The position numbers and the translations under genes were made by a program. This document shows, in pieces, positions 8,726 to 18,476 of a stretch of 33,914 nucleotides of DNA; the stretch's first letter is position 1, and each line of letters opens with the position of its first letter. Source of the DNA: an uncultured Polaribacter sp. (lineage in GTDB: Bacteria > Bacteroidota > Bacteroidia > Flavobacteriales > Flavobacteriaceae); NCBI GenBank assembly GCA_964022045.1, contig CAXICE010000001.1:1-33914 (forward strand), in the 5' to 3' direction. The notes under the pieces are model-generated. The model worked only from the letters and a program-made list of their open reading frames with translations, did not search any database and was not told where the DNA came from.

Positions 8726-11050
8726 ATGAAGAAAAACGTTTTGTTTTTTTTACTATTAATTCCTTTTTTTTTATTTTCTCAAACCGATTATAGTAATCGT
8801 TGGGAAGATTTTTATTCGTACAATAATGTTAAGGATTTTATCCCTATAAATGATAAAATTTATGCTTTAACAGATAATGCTGTTTTTATTTATGATGTAA
8901 ATTCTAAAGAAACTCAGAAGCTTTCATCCATTAATGGTTTTTCTGGAGAAACAACATCTGCTGTTCACTACAATACTTCAAATGAAAGGTTAGTTATTGG
9001 TTACGAAACGGGTTTAATTGAGATTTTAAGCCAAGATGGAAGTATTAAAATCTCTGCAGATATTGTTAACTTTAATCAATCTGGAGAGAAAAGAATCAAT
9101 CATATTACAGAGTTTAATAACAAATTATACATTTCAACGCCTTTTGCAGTGGTAGTTTATGATATTGATAAATTAGAATTTGGCGATACGTATTTTATAG
9201 GTGCAAATTCTACCTCGGTAAAAATAAATCAAACATTAATTGCAAATAACCAAATTTATGCCGCAACAGAAAACGGAATTTATGTTGCAAATTTAGCAAA
9301 CCCAAACTTGATAGATTTTAATAATTGGCAACTAATTTTTGTGGGGAATTACACAAATATTACTAAGTTTAACACAAAGGTTTATGCTTCTATAGGTAAT
9401 GATTTAATTAGTATTCAAGGAACAAACGTTACTGTTGAAAAATCATTTACCAGTGCAATTAAAAAGTTAAAAACGAACACGCAAAATTTAGTTGTAACAA
9501 CAAATTTATTTGCAACAGTCTTTAATACTAGTTTAACTCAAGTTTATCAAAGTAGACCAACAGTAGATTATAATTTCACTTTAAATAATGCATCAACTTT
9601 TGGCAATGATTTATTTTTAGCAACTAAAGAGTTTGGTATTTTGAAAACTCCTATTTCTGGAGGTCAAAACTTCACCCAGATTCATCCAAAAGGACCACTT
9701 TCTAATGCTGTTTTTTCGATGGATGTTTTAGATAAAAACATTTGGGTTGTTTATGGTGGTTATAGTTCTGCTTATGTTCCTACAGGAAATTTAAAAGGAT
9801 TTAGTCACTATAACGGCTCAGAATGGAAAAATACTACATTTACGAATGCTATGCCTATTTTAGATTTAGTGAACGTTACAATTGATCCAAATCATGAAAA
9901 TAGAGCTTTTTTAAGTTCTTATTCTGACACCAATTCTGGAAATATTTTATCTGGAGGAGGCTTACTTGAAGTTGTAGATGATCAAATATTAAATTTTTAC
10001 AATTCAAGAAATAGTCCTTTAGAAGACCTTTTCCCTACCGATCCAAACAGAATAACAACAAGAATTAACGGAACAACTTTCGATAGCCAAGGAAACCTTT
10101 GGGTTACCGATGCAATTGCCTCTGATAAACTTAAAAAACTCACTCCAAACGGAACCTGGCAAGCGTTTGATTTAAGAAGTCTTCAAACTAATAAAGCAGA
10201 AGAATTAAATACTATAAAAGTTGACAAATCAAATAGTTTGTGGATCGGAACAAGAAGAAATGGCGCGTATGTTTTTAACGAAACAGGTTTAAGAAAAAGG
10301 GCTTTAACGACAGAACCAACTAAAGGAAATTTACCACACGCAAATGTAAGAACAATTGCGATTGATAAAAATAATAGAGTTTGGTTAGGCACACAATCTG
10401 GACTAGCTGTTTTTTATAATCCAAATGGGCTTTTTGATGCCAATATTTATGATGCAGAACCTATTATTATTTTAGATGATGGAATTCCGAAGAAATTATT
10501 AGGCAATCAAACTATAAATACTATTGCTGTTGATGGTGCTGATAATAAATGGTTTGGAACTGATAACGGTGGTGTTTTATATACAAACCCAAACGGGCAA
10601 AATACCATAAGAAGTTTTAATAAAGACAATTCACCCTTACCATCAAATAAGATCTTAAATATTAGTGTTGATTTCACTAACGGAAAAGTATATTTCGCAA
10701 CCGATAAAGGAGTTGTTGCTTATAATAGTAAAGTTGCTAGTTTTGGTGAAACCTTAGAAGCAGTTTACGCATATCCAAATCCTGCATTAAAAAATCATCA
10801 AACGGTTACGATTGATGGAAAAAACGGAAATCATTTACCAAAAGGAACAAACGTAAAAATCTTAGACGTAGCTGGTAACTTGGTATACGAAACCAATGTT
10901 GTAGAAGGGCAGGAAATTCAGGGCGGAAAAGTGGTTTGGAACAAAACAAACTTAGCAGGTAAAAAAGTAGCATCTGGTATTTATATTGTATTACTTTCTA
11001 ATGATGACGCAACAGAATCTACAACTACAAAAATTGCAATTATAAATTAA
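8726..11050 (+). CDS. porZ: Type IX secretion system PorZ-like protein (beta-propellers plus T9SS C-terminal domain)
   Basis: Signal peptide, repeated DxxxxxWxGT propeller blades, YAYPNP...SGIYIV...KIAIIN CTD, located directly upstream of recO. ATG 8726 preferred. Confidence 0.85.
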   Translation: MKKNVLFFLLLIPFFLFSQTDYSNRWEDFYSYNNVKDFIPINDKIYALTDNAVFIYDVNSKETQKLSSINGFSGETTSAVHYNTSNERLVIGYETGLIEILSQDGSIKISADIVNFNQSGEKRINHITEFNNKLYISTPFAVVVYDIDKLEFGDTYFIGANSTSVKINQTLIANNQIYAATENGIYVANLANPNLIDFNNWQLIFVGNYTNITKFNTKVYASIGNDLISIQGTNVTVEKSFTSAIKKLKTNTQNLVVTTNLFATVFNTSLTQVYQSRPTVDYNFTLNNASTFGNDLFLATKEFGILKTPISGGQNFTQIHPKGPLSNAVFSMDVLDKNIWVVYGGYSSAYVPTGNLKGFSHYNGSEWKNTTFTNAMPILDLVNVTIDPNHENRAFLSSYSDTNSGNILSGGGLLEVVDDQILNFYNSRNSPLEDLFPTDPNRITTRINGTTFDSQGNLWVTDAIASDKLKKLTPNGTWQAFDLRSLQTNKAEELNTIKVDKSNSLWIGTRRNGAYVFNETGLRKRALTTEPTKGNLPHANVRTIAIDKNNRVWLGTQSGLAVFYNPNGLFDANIYDAEPIIILDDGIPKKLLGNQTINTIAVDGADNKWFGTDNGGVLYTNPNGQNTIRSFNKDNSPLPSNKILNISVDFTNGKVYFATDKGVVAYNSKVASFGETLEAVYAYPNPALKNHQTVTIDGKNGNHLPKGTNVKILDVAGNLVYETNVVEGQEIQGGKVVWNKTNLAGKKVASGIYIVLLSNDDATESTTTKIAIIN

Positions 11051-11772
11051 TGGCATTAATTAAAACAAAAGCAATTGTCTTAAGCTCTTTAAAATACAGT
11101 GATACAAGTTTAATTGTTCGATGTTTTACTTTAGAAGACGGCTTAAAATCATACTTGCTAAAAGGGATTTTAAACGCAAAAAAAGGAAAAATAAAAGCAG
11201 CCTATTTTCAGCCATTAACACAATTAAATATTGAAGCAAGTCACAATACAAAAGGGAATTTAAACAGCATAAAAGAAGTTCATGTTGTTAACCCATATCA
11301 AAACATTTATACCAATATTTTTAAACAAACAATTGTACTTTTTTTATCAGAAATACTCAGTAGTACAATTCAAGAAGAAGAAGCTAATGAGCAATTATTT
11401 TCATTTTTAGAAACGTCTTTTATTTGGTTAGATACTAATGATAGAACATCAAATTTTCATCTACTTTTTTTATTAAACCTCTCTAAATTCTTAGGATTTT
11501 ATCCAGATACAACAAATATAAATTACTCATATTTTAATTTAATTGATGGTAATTTTAAAGAATCAACCTTAGAAAAAGAGGTTCTTTTTGGCGATAAATT
11601 AACACAGTTTAAAAAGCTTTTGGGCACAAATTTTGATAGTATAGAATCAATAAATTTTAACAAAAAAGAAAGACAACAAGTTTTACAAATAATAATTCGT
11701 TATTTTGAACTACATTTGGACGGTTTTAGAAACCCAAAGTCTTTAAAAGTTTTAGAAACAGTATTTAACTGA
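11050..11772 (+). CDS. recO: DNA repair protein RecO
   Basis: TKAIVL..KYSDTSLIV N-terminal OB fold, FQPLT, LGFYP and KSLKVLETVF; TAATG overlap with porZ. Confidence 0.93.
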   Translation: MALIKTKAIVLSSLKYSDTSLIVRCFTLEDGLKSYLLKGILNAKKGKIKAAYFQPLTQLNIEASHNTKGNLNSIKEVHVVNPYQNIYTNIFKQTIVLFLSEILSSTIQEEEANEQLFSFLETSFIWLDTNDRTSNFHLLFLLNLSKFLGFYPDTTNINYSYFNLIDGNFKESTLEKEVLFGDKLTQFKKLLGTNFDSIESINFNKKERQQVLQIIIRYFELHLDGFRNPKSLKVLETVFN

Positions 11773-14231
11773 TGATGAAGAGAATTTTTACCTTATTAAT
11801 TGTTTTTTATAGCATTACAATTTTTGGACAAAAGATAAAAGTTGTAGATGATGAAACAGGTTTTCCGATAAGTGAAGTTGCTATTTACAACAAAACCTTA
11901 ACTATTTCTACAGTTACAGATGATGATGGATTGGCAGATATTTCTAGTTTTAAACTACAAGATTTACTATTAGTTTCTCATGTTTCTTACACTACTTTTA
12001 GCATTACATTTAAGAAGTTAAAGAGGGCTAAATATGTAGTGAAATTAACCAAAAAAACAGCTCAATTAGATGAGGTTGTTTTATCTGTTTTTAAAAAGCA
12101 AGAAAAATCAACACGAATTGCAGAACAAACCGTTGCAATAACTAAAGAAGATATTTTAAAAGAATCACCACAAACTTCTGCAGATTTATTAGCGTCTATT
12201 CCGGGAATTAAAGTTCAGAAATCACAATTTGGCGGAGGAAGTCCGGTTTTAAGAGGAATGGAATCTAACCGAGTTTTATTAGTTGTAGATGGTGTTAGAA
12301 TGAATAATGCTATTTATAGAAAAGGGCATTTACAAAACTCAATTACAATTTCTCCTTCAATTTTAGAACGCACAGAAATTGTATTTGGACCTTCTTCTGT
12401 TGTTTATGGGTCTGATGCATTAGGAGGTGTAATTCACTACTATACAAGAACTCCAAAAACCTCTGAAAAAGAAAAAATGAAAAGTAATTTCTTCTCAAGA
12501 TTTGGAACCGTTAATCAAGAAATCACCACAAATATTTCTGCAGAATTAAGCTTTAAAAAATGGGCTTCTTTTACAAGTTATACTCAAAGTTCTTTTGGTG
12601 ATTTAAAAATGGGAAAAAACAGAAGTCACGGCTTTAAAAACTGGGGTTTAGTTCCGTTTTATTCTAAAAATATCGATCAAAACTATTTCGCTAGCCCAAC
12701 TGTAAATTCAGACCCATCGATTCAAAGAAATACGGGTTATGAGCAAAAAGATTTTTTACAGAAATTTTACATTCCATTATCAAACAAAACCGATATAACA
12801 GTTAATTTACAATACTCAACCTCATCAAATATTCCAAGGTTTGATAAATTAATGGAGCTTAAATCTGGTTCATTAAAATTTGCAGAATGGTATTATGGTC
12901 CTCAAGAGCGTTTTCTAGCTTCAACACAACTCACTATTAACCCTGAAAAAAAATGGTTAAATAGCGGAACTTTTACAGTATCTTATCAAAACATAAAAGA
13001 ATCTAGAGTTCAACGAAAATTTAACGATTTAAAACGTTTGTATAGAAATGAAGAGGTTGATGTATACACTATAAATGGAGATTTTTCTGTACCATTGACA
13101 AATGATAAAAACAGAAATTTATCTTATGGATTTGAGCTAACTTATAATGATGTAAAATCAATTTCTGAAGGAAAAATAATTGCACCATCAAGTAATAAAG
13201 TGGTTGGTTTAGTTGGCAATTTTAAAGTGCAATCTCGTTTTCCTGATGGAGGAAGCAGCTATACAAGCTCTGCAGTTTACACCGATTACAGGCAAGATAT
13301 AAACGAAAAATCTACCTTAAACACAGGAATTCGTTTAACAAATACAATGTTAAATGCAAGGTGGATTGACCAAACATTTATTGTTTTACCAAGTACAGAA
13401 ATAGAACTTACTAATACTGCTTTAACAGCAACAATTGGTTATGTTTATAAACCAACAAAAGATTGGAAATTGAACAGTGTAATTTCATCTGGTTTTCGCT
13501 CACCAAATATTGATGATGTTGGTAAAATTAGAGAGAAAAACGGGAATGTTACTTTGCCAAATGTTGCTTTGAAACCAGAATTTGCTTACAACGCAGAAAT
13601 AGGGGTTTTAAAATTTTTTAACCAAAGAAAGTTTAGTGTTGGCTTTAATACATATTATACTCTTTTAGATAATTATATTACCAGAGAAGCTGATGGTAAT
13701 ACAATTTTATATGACGGAGAAATAGGAAATGTTGTAAAAAACATTAATAAAGGAAGGGCTTATATTACAGGTTTCACAGCCAATTATTTTGGAAGATTAA
13801 ACAACAGTTTTAACACTTCTGGATCGATAACCTATACAAAAGGAAGAACATTTGATACCGATGAACCAATGTCTTCAATTCCGCCATTATTTGGAAGGTT
13901 TGAAATTAGTTATCGAAAAAACAGAATAGAATTGTCTGTTGATTATCGTTTTAATGCAAAAAAAGACATGAAAGAATATAACATTTCAGAAGGAATAGAT
14001 AATCATGTTCAAACGCCAATTATCAATGCAAATGCAACGAACGCAGTTGATAAATACTACGGAACACCAAGTTGGCAAACGACTAGTTTAAGCGCAAAAT
14101 ATAATATGAATCAGAATTTATGGGTTCAAGGAAAAGTAACCAATCTTTTTGATGAGCATTATAAAGAATTTGCATCTGGAGTTTCTGCTCCTGGAAGAAA
14201 TTTTTCAGTAGCACTTCACGCTACTTTTTAG
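11772..14231 (+). CDS. TonB-dependent receptor (substrate unknown; resembles heme/B12-type receptors)
   Basis: Signal peptide, LDEVV TonB box, plug motifs GGGSPVLRG and YGSDALGGVI, FRSPNIDD, NLFDEHY, PGRNF and C-terminal Phe. Confidence 0.9.
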   Translation: MMKRIFTLLIVFYSITIFGQKIKVVDDETGFPISEVAIYNKTLTISTVTDDDGLADISSFKLQDLLLVSHVSYTTFSITFKKLKRAKYVVKLTKKTAQLDEVVLSVFKKQEKSTRIAEQTVAITKEDILKESPQTSADLLASIPGIKVQKSQFGGGSPVLRGMESNRVLLVVDGVRMNNAIYRKGHLQNSITISPSILERTEIVFGPSSVVYGSDALGGVIHYYTRTPKTSEKEKMKSNFFSRFGTVNQEITTNISAELSFKKWASFTSYTQSSFGDLKMGKNRSHGFKNWGLVPFYSKNIDQNYFASPTVNSDPSIQRNTGYEQKDFLQKFYIPLSNKTDITVNLQYSTSSNIPRFDKLMELKSGSLKFAEWYYGPQERFLASTQLTINPEKKWLNSGTFTVSYQNIKESRVQRKFNDLKRLYRNEEVDVYTINGDFSVPLTNDKNRNLSYGFELTYNDVKSISEGKIIAPSSNKVVGLVGNFKVQSRFPDGGSSYTSSAVYTDYRQDINEKSTLNTGIRLTNTMLNARWIDQTFIVLPSTEIELTNTALTATIGYVYKPTKDWKLNSVISSGFRSPNIDDVGKIREKNGNVTLPNVALKPEFAYNAEIGVLKFFNQRKFSVGFNTYYTLLDNYITREADGNTILYDGEIGNVVKNINKGRAYITGFTANYFGRLNNSFNTSGSITYTKGRTFDTDEPMSSIPPLFGRFEISYRKNRIELSVDYRFNAKKDMKEYNISEGIDNHVQTPIINANATNAVDKYYGTPSWQTTSLSAKYNMNQNLWVQGKVTNLFDEHYKEFASGVSAPGRNFSVALHATF

Positions 14232-14577
14232 ATTTAATTTTATTTCCGTCGCTATCAAAATTTTGAGATAACACTTGTTCGGTTTTGATAACTGTTACAG
14301 CAAGGGTTAACAATAGAAAAACCATTGGTTGCCATGTAATTTCAACCGAGGTAACAAATACAAAAAGCAAAGCAACTATAAATGAAATTGCTGAATATTT
14401 AATAAGTGTATTGTTAAAAAATGAATTTGCAAAACTCCAAATCTCTTCATTTTTCATTGATTTATTAGTTCTATATCCATACAAAGCATTTATCTTTTTT
14501 GGAGGAAAAAAGTAAAAAACAATGCTAAAGAACAACAACAATCCGTTTACAGAAATTACATAAATATATGGGTTCAT
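14221..14577 (-). CDS. SdpI family membrane protein
   Basis: PPKKINALYGYRT..SM..EEIWSFAN motif and three hydrophobic segments. Confidence 0.8.
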   Translation of the reverse strand: MNPYIYVISVNGLLLFFSIVFYFFPPKKINALYGYRTNKSMKNEEIWSFANSFFNNTLIKYSAISFIVALLFVFVTSVEITWQPMVFLLLTLAVTVIKTEQVLSQNFDSDGNKIKSKK

Positions 14578-14581
14578 CTTT

Positions 14582-15448
14582 TTATTTTTTTAGAGGTCTA
14601 ATTAAACCTTCTTGTGCTACAGAAGCAATTAAATTACCGTTTCTAGAATAAATATTTCCTCTTGCAAAACCTCTTGCACCAAATGCATTTGGAGACTCTG
14701 TTCTGTACAACATCCAATCATCTAAATCAAATTCTCTAAAAAACCACATCGAATGGTCTAAACTCGCCATTTGTGTATTTCCATAATTGGCTTTGCTAGC
14801 ATTTGGATACAAAGTAGAGTTTAAAATGTTGTAATCAGAAATATAAGTTAGAATTTGTTGCTTTAAAGCAAGGTTTGCATTCTCTGGGTTACCTTTAACT
14901 TTAAACCAAACATCAGAAAATGGTGGTAAATCTTTTAAATCTAAAGGGTTTACAATTGAAGTTGGTTTAAATTCTATTGGGCGTTCAATTTCTAAGAAAG
15001 CTTTTAGTTGTTTTGGAAGAAAATCACCTAATTGCTCTAGCATGTCTGTCCAACTTAATAATTCTTCAGGCTGCTTTAAATCACTTTCTAATTCTTGTTG
15101 ATGCTCATGTCCTTCCTCTTTTTTATGAAACGAAGCCGATAAAATAAAAATGGTTTTATCATTTTGTTTTGCAGTAACTCTTCTGGTAGAAAAACTTCCG
15201 CCGTTTCTCATATTATTTACCAAATAAGTGATTGGTAATTCTAGGTTACCAGCTTCTAAAAAATAAGAATGTAAAGAATGTAAAATACGATCTTTAGAAA
15301 CGCTATTGTTGGCAGCGCTTAAGGCTTGTGCTAAAACTTGACCACCAAAAACATTAGGACTTCCAATGGTTTTACTGATTCCAACAAATTCGTTTTCTGA
15401 TTTTTTTTCTAAAGTAAGAACTGCAATTAAATCTTCAATAAACTTCAT
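14582..15448 (-). CDS. tesB: Acyl-CoA thioesterase II
   Basis: VFGGQVLAQAL, HSLHSYFL, SFSTRRV, ASLDHSMWF and SVAQEGLIR. Confidence 0.93.
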   Translation of the reverse strand: MKFIEDLIAVLTLEKKSENEFVGISKTIGSPNVFGGQVLAQALSAANNSVSKDRILHSLHSYFLEAGNLELPITYLVNNMRNGGSFSTRRVTAKQNDKTIFILSASFHKKEEGHEHQQELESDLKQPEELLSWTDMLEQLGDFLPKQLKAFLEIERPIEFKPTSIVNPLDLKDLPPFSDVWFKVKGNPENANLALKQQILTYISDYNILNSTLYPNASKANYGNTQMASLDHSMWFFREFDLDDWMLYRTESPNAFGARGFARGNIYSRNGNLIASVAQEGLIRPLKK

Positions 15449-15469
15449 AAGTAGGTTTCATATTTTTTA

Positions 15470-15477
15470 CAAATATA
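15470..15477 (-). promoter_or_regulatory. -7 promoter element (TATATTTG) for tesB-sdpI
   Basis: TAnnTTTG match 21 nt upstream of the tesB ATG. Confidence 0.65.
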
Positions 15478-15484
15478 AACAGAT

Positions 15485-16663
15485 TTACTTGGTTAGAGTT
15501 TTAGATTTAAAAGGTTTTTGTTGCTTAAAAGGCTTGGTTTCTATGTAACTTAAAAAGTGTTTTATAAACTTATTTTTAATTGTTTTTTTATGACGGATAT
15601 AACAGGTTAAATCTTGTGAAGTTGCACCAATTGAGCTTTTTATTTCGCTTGCAGTTCTTCCAAAATTAATTACTTTTAGTTGTTGTTTTATTGCAATTTG
15701 AATATAATCGTACAACATACGTTGATAAATTGCCAACTGTTTATTTAAAGAATAATCAATTCCAACAAAGTGTGCATCTAACGAGTCATTATTTACGATT
15801 CCAGACATAAAACCAACTATTTTATTTTGATGCCAATAGGTTTTAAAAATGTAGTTTTCGCCAAGTTTTTCTTTTAAAGAAATGTAGGTTTCTAGATTAA
15901 AATCACCCAAATTAAAATCTGCTTTATTAGAAACGGTTTTGTACAATTTGGTAATTTCTGGCAAACTATTTTTAATGTCTTCTATAGAACTTTCTTTTAC
16001 AACTAAGCCTTTACTTAAAGTTAAAGCACGTTTTGCTTTAACTCTAAATTTGGTTTTCATAGCGTCTAAATAATCTTGAAAAGTAAGCCAACTTTTATCT
16101 ATTTTTAAAAGCATGTTTGGCTCTACATTAAAAGAATAATAATTTAAAACGTGTAACTGGTTTGTAATTTCTAAAGACTCTTTGATAAAGTCTTTTATAA
16201 GATAAATAGAGATATTGTTTGTGGCAGTTTCTACTGAAATTGCTTTCACTATTTTTTTTATAATGCTTTGTTTATTTTGATTTTCTTTGATATAAATTCC
16301 GTGTTCACCACTTACAAAAACATTTCCGCAAACTAATAGTTTAATTGGTTTTAACTTCGGAAAAACTCCTAAACGTCTACCAAAACACTTTAATTGATGA
16401 AAACCTTTGCTTAAAGAATTTTCAATTCCATCTAAAGGAAAATCAATAATTTGAATGTTTGCTAATGCAATTGCTGCATTATTTTCATCGACCAAAACCA
16501 AATAAGAAAACGTAATTTGAGGATTGTTTTCTTCTAACGAAATTAAATATTCAGGATGAAAATAAACGTTTTTAGAGCACGCAAGTTCATTCCAAATCGA
16601 AGTAGAAATTTCTGCTACAGAAGAAAAAAATAATGCCGTATGATGGTTTTTTTGAAAACTCAA
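15485..16663 (-). CDS. GNAT/FemAB-like acyltransferase-fold protein
   Basis: W.TFQDYLDAM..KFR, HFVGIDY, IYQRMLYD and INFGRTASEIKSSIGA motifs. TTG start is uncertain. Confidence 0.7.
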   Translation of the reverse strand: MSFQKNHHTALFFSSVAEISTSIWNELACSKNVYFHPEYLISLEENNPQITFSYLVLVDENNAAIALANIQIIDFPLDGIENSLSKGFHQLKCFGRRLGVFPKLKPIKLLVCGNVFVSGEHGIYIKENQNKQSIIKKIVKAISVETATNNISIYLIKDFIKESLEITNQLHVLNYYSFNVEPNMLLKIDKSWLTFQDYLDAMKTKFRVKAKRALTLSKGLVVKESSIEDIKNSLPEITKLYKTVSNKADFNLGDFNLETYISLKEKLGENYIFKTYWHQNKIVGFMSGIVNNDSLDAHFVGIDYSLNKQLAIYQRMLYDYIQIAIKQQLKVINFGRTASEIKSSIGATSQDLTCYIRHKKTIKNKFIKHFLSYIETKPFKQQKPFKSKTLTK

Positions 16664-16788
16664 ATTTGGTTAGTTTTATATCAATCTAAAATACGAAAAG
16701 AAAAGTTATCCGATGTATACTTGGTTAAATCTTAAATTTTAGAAAAGATATAGATTTAATTGTATTTTTATCAACCTAAAGTAAAGAA

Positions 16789-17421
16789 ATGCAAACAGAT
16801 TTTAATTTTAATTATGGCCACCTTTTTGAAACAGACCTACTCAGTGAAATACTTGCAGTTGGCGAATATAGAAAAGTAACCGAAGGCACAGAATTAATAG
16901 ATATTGGTAGTAAAATACAGTTTATGCCATTAATTATTAATGGCGCAATAAAGATTTTAAGAGAAGATGAAAACGGAGATGAATTGGTGCTCTACTTTAT
17001 AGAGCAAGGAGATACATGTGCCATGACAATTACTTGTTGTATTGGACAAACAAAAAGTAAAATTAGAGCTGTGGCTGAAATAGAGACAGAACTTTTAATG
17101 ATTCCAATTCAAAAAATTAGCGAATGGATGAATAAGTATACATCTTGGCAAAGTTTTATTTTGCAAAGTTACCATGAACGGATGCAAGAATTGCTAGAAG
17201 CTATTGATACAATTGCTTTTTTAAATATGGATAAACGTGTGTTAAAGTATTTAAAAGATAAAGCAATGATAAACAAAAATGAAACCATCCAAGTAACACA
17301 TAAAGAAATAGCAAACGACTTACACACGTCAAGAGTTGTAGTTTCTCGATTGTTAAAAGCTCTAGAGATTAATAAGGAAATAGCACTAAATAGAAACCAG
17401 ATTACGCTATTAAATCTTTAA
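16789..17421 (+). CDS. Crp/Fnr family transcriptional regulator with Cys cluster
   Basis: cNMP-like beta-barrel (GAIKILREDENGDE), CAMTITCC motif, C-terminal HTH THKEIANDLHTSRVVVSRLLK. Confidence 0.93.
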   Translation: MQTDFNFNYGHLFETDLLSEILAVGEYRKVTEGTELIDIGSKIQFMPLIINGAIKILREDENGDELVLYFIEQGDTCAMTITCCIGQTKSKIRAVAEIETELLMIPIQKISEWMNKYTSWQSFILQSYHERMQELLEAIDTIAFLNMDKRVLKYLKDKAMINKNETIQVTHKEIANDLHTSRVVVSRLLKALEINKEIALNRNQITLLNL

Positions 17422-17425
17422 GCTT

Positions 17426-17443
17426 TTGTAACGAATGTTACAA
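17426..17443 (+). promoter_or_regulatory. Crp/Fnr-type box TTGTAAC-N4-GTTACAA upstream of cytochrome c-thioredoxin
   Basis: Perfect 7-bp arms; centre lies 29.5 nt upstream of a TAACTTTA -7-like element (17464-17471). Confidence 0.75.
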
Positions 17444-17479
17444 TGTGCAGCCAAAGAAGTTTTTAACTTTACAATAAAA

Positions 17480-17935
17480 ATGAGAACATTTATTACATTT
17501 ATTTCTGTACTGATTTTTGCGAGTTGTCAAACTTCAGAAAAACCAAATTATTCTAAAACTTTTATTGCACAAAAAGCAGATGAATTACAAGAGCATCCAG
17601 GTAAAAAATTGATGGAAAAAAACTGTTCTGTTTGCCATCATCCAACAGCAAGCCATGAGAATAGACTTGCGCCACCAATAATTGCTGTAAAAAAACACTA
17701 TAAATCTTCTAAAACAACAAAAGAAGAATTTCAAGAAGCAATTCAAAATTGGATTAAAAACCCAACAAAGGAAAACTCAAAAATGTCGGGAGCAATAAGG
17801 CGATTTGGCATCATGCCAAAAACACCTTTTCCGAAAAAGACAATAGATTTAATTACAGATTATATGTTTGATCATAAAATTGAGCAACCAAAATGGTTTG
17901 AAAAACACACAAAATCAAAGCATAAAAATGAGTAA
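17480..17935 (+). CDS. Monoheme c-type cytochrome lipoprotein
   Basis: Lipobox FASC, CSVCH heme motif, APP and FGIMP (candidate axial Met). ATG 17480 preferred because ATG 17435 lies inside the operator. Confidence 0.85.
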   Translation: MRTFITFISVLIFASCQTSEKPNYSKTFIAQKADELQEHPGKKLMEKNCSVCHHPTASHENRLAPPIIAVKKHYKSSKTTKEEFQEAIQNWIKNPTKENSKMSGAIRRFGIMPKTPFPKKTIDLITDYMFDHKIEQPKWFEKHTKSKHKNE

Positions 17936-18221
17936 ATTTTCTGAACTAATTAACCAAAATAAGCCTGTTTTAGTAGATTTTTTTGCTGACTGGTGTGGAC
18001 CTTGCAAAATGATGAATCCAATATTAAAAGAAGTAAAAGATGCTTTAGGTGATAGAGTTTCTGTTATTAAAATTAATGTTGATACAAATAAACAATTAGC
18101 TGCTAAATATCAAGTTAGAGGTGTTCCAACATTAATTTTATTTAAAGCAGGTAAGCAATTATGGAGACAATCAGGCGTTTTACAAAAAAATGAGTTGATA
18201 CAAATTATAAATTCACACTAG
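17928..18221 (+). CDS. trxA: Thioredoxin
   Basis: VLVDFFADWCGPCK and VRGVPTL. ATG 17928 overlaps the cytochrome stop (ATGAGTAA). Confidence 0.93.
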   Translation: MSKFSELINQNKPVLVDFFADWCGPCKMMNPILKEVKDALGDRVSVIKINVDTNKQLAAKYQVRGVPTLILFKAGKQLWRQSGVLQKNELIQIINSH

Positions 18222-18232
18222 GAATTAAAAAG

Positions 18233-18246
18233 ATGATAGAAATCAT
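18233..18246 (+). promoter_or_regulatory. FNR-like box ATGAT-N4-ATCAT
   Basis: Perfect palindrome ATGAT-AGAA-ATCAT centred 29.5 nt upstream of GATTTTTG (18269-18276, one mismatch to TAnnTTTG). Confidence 0.6.
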
Positions 18247-18296
18247 ATATTACCTTACTTTTTTATTAGATTTTTGACTCTTAAAATTAAATAACC

Positions 18297-18425
18297 ATGT
18301 TAAATACACCACCATTAGTTTCTTGGACAAACGGAACCATTTTAATTGGAGTTTTTGCTCTTGTTTGTGTTGGTTTAGTTGCTGTAGTAATCTTATTAAT
18401 GTCTACCGACAAGAAGAAAAAATAG
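18297..18425 (+). CDS. Unannotated 42-aa single-pass membrane protein
   Basis: MLNTPPLVSWTNGTILIGVFALVCVGLVAVVILLMSTDKKKK*; about 21-aa hydrophobic helix, poly-Lys tail, A-rich leader, terminator directly downstream. Below the ORF-track size cutoff. Confidence 0.75.
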   Translation: MLNTPPLVSWTNGTILIGVFALVCVGLVAVVILLMSTDKKKK

Positions 18426-18434
18426 TTACCATTA

Positions 18435-18472
18435 AATAAAGAGGACATTACTTTAGTAATGTCCTCTTTATT
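18435..18472. terminator. Bidirectional intrinsic terminator
   Basis: Perfect 17-bp inverted repeat AATAAAGAGGACATTAC-TTTA-GTAATGTCCTCTTTATT between convergent genes. Confidence 0.9.
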
Positions 18473-18476
18473 GTAA

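Noticed and set aside
14221-14577. SdpI-like gene as evidence of a toxin-immunity system
   Set aside because: No toxin or SdpR-like regulator nearby; the gene simply follows tesB.
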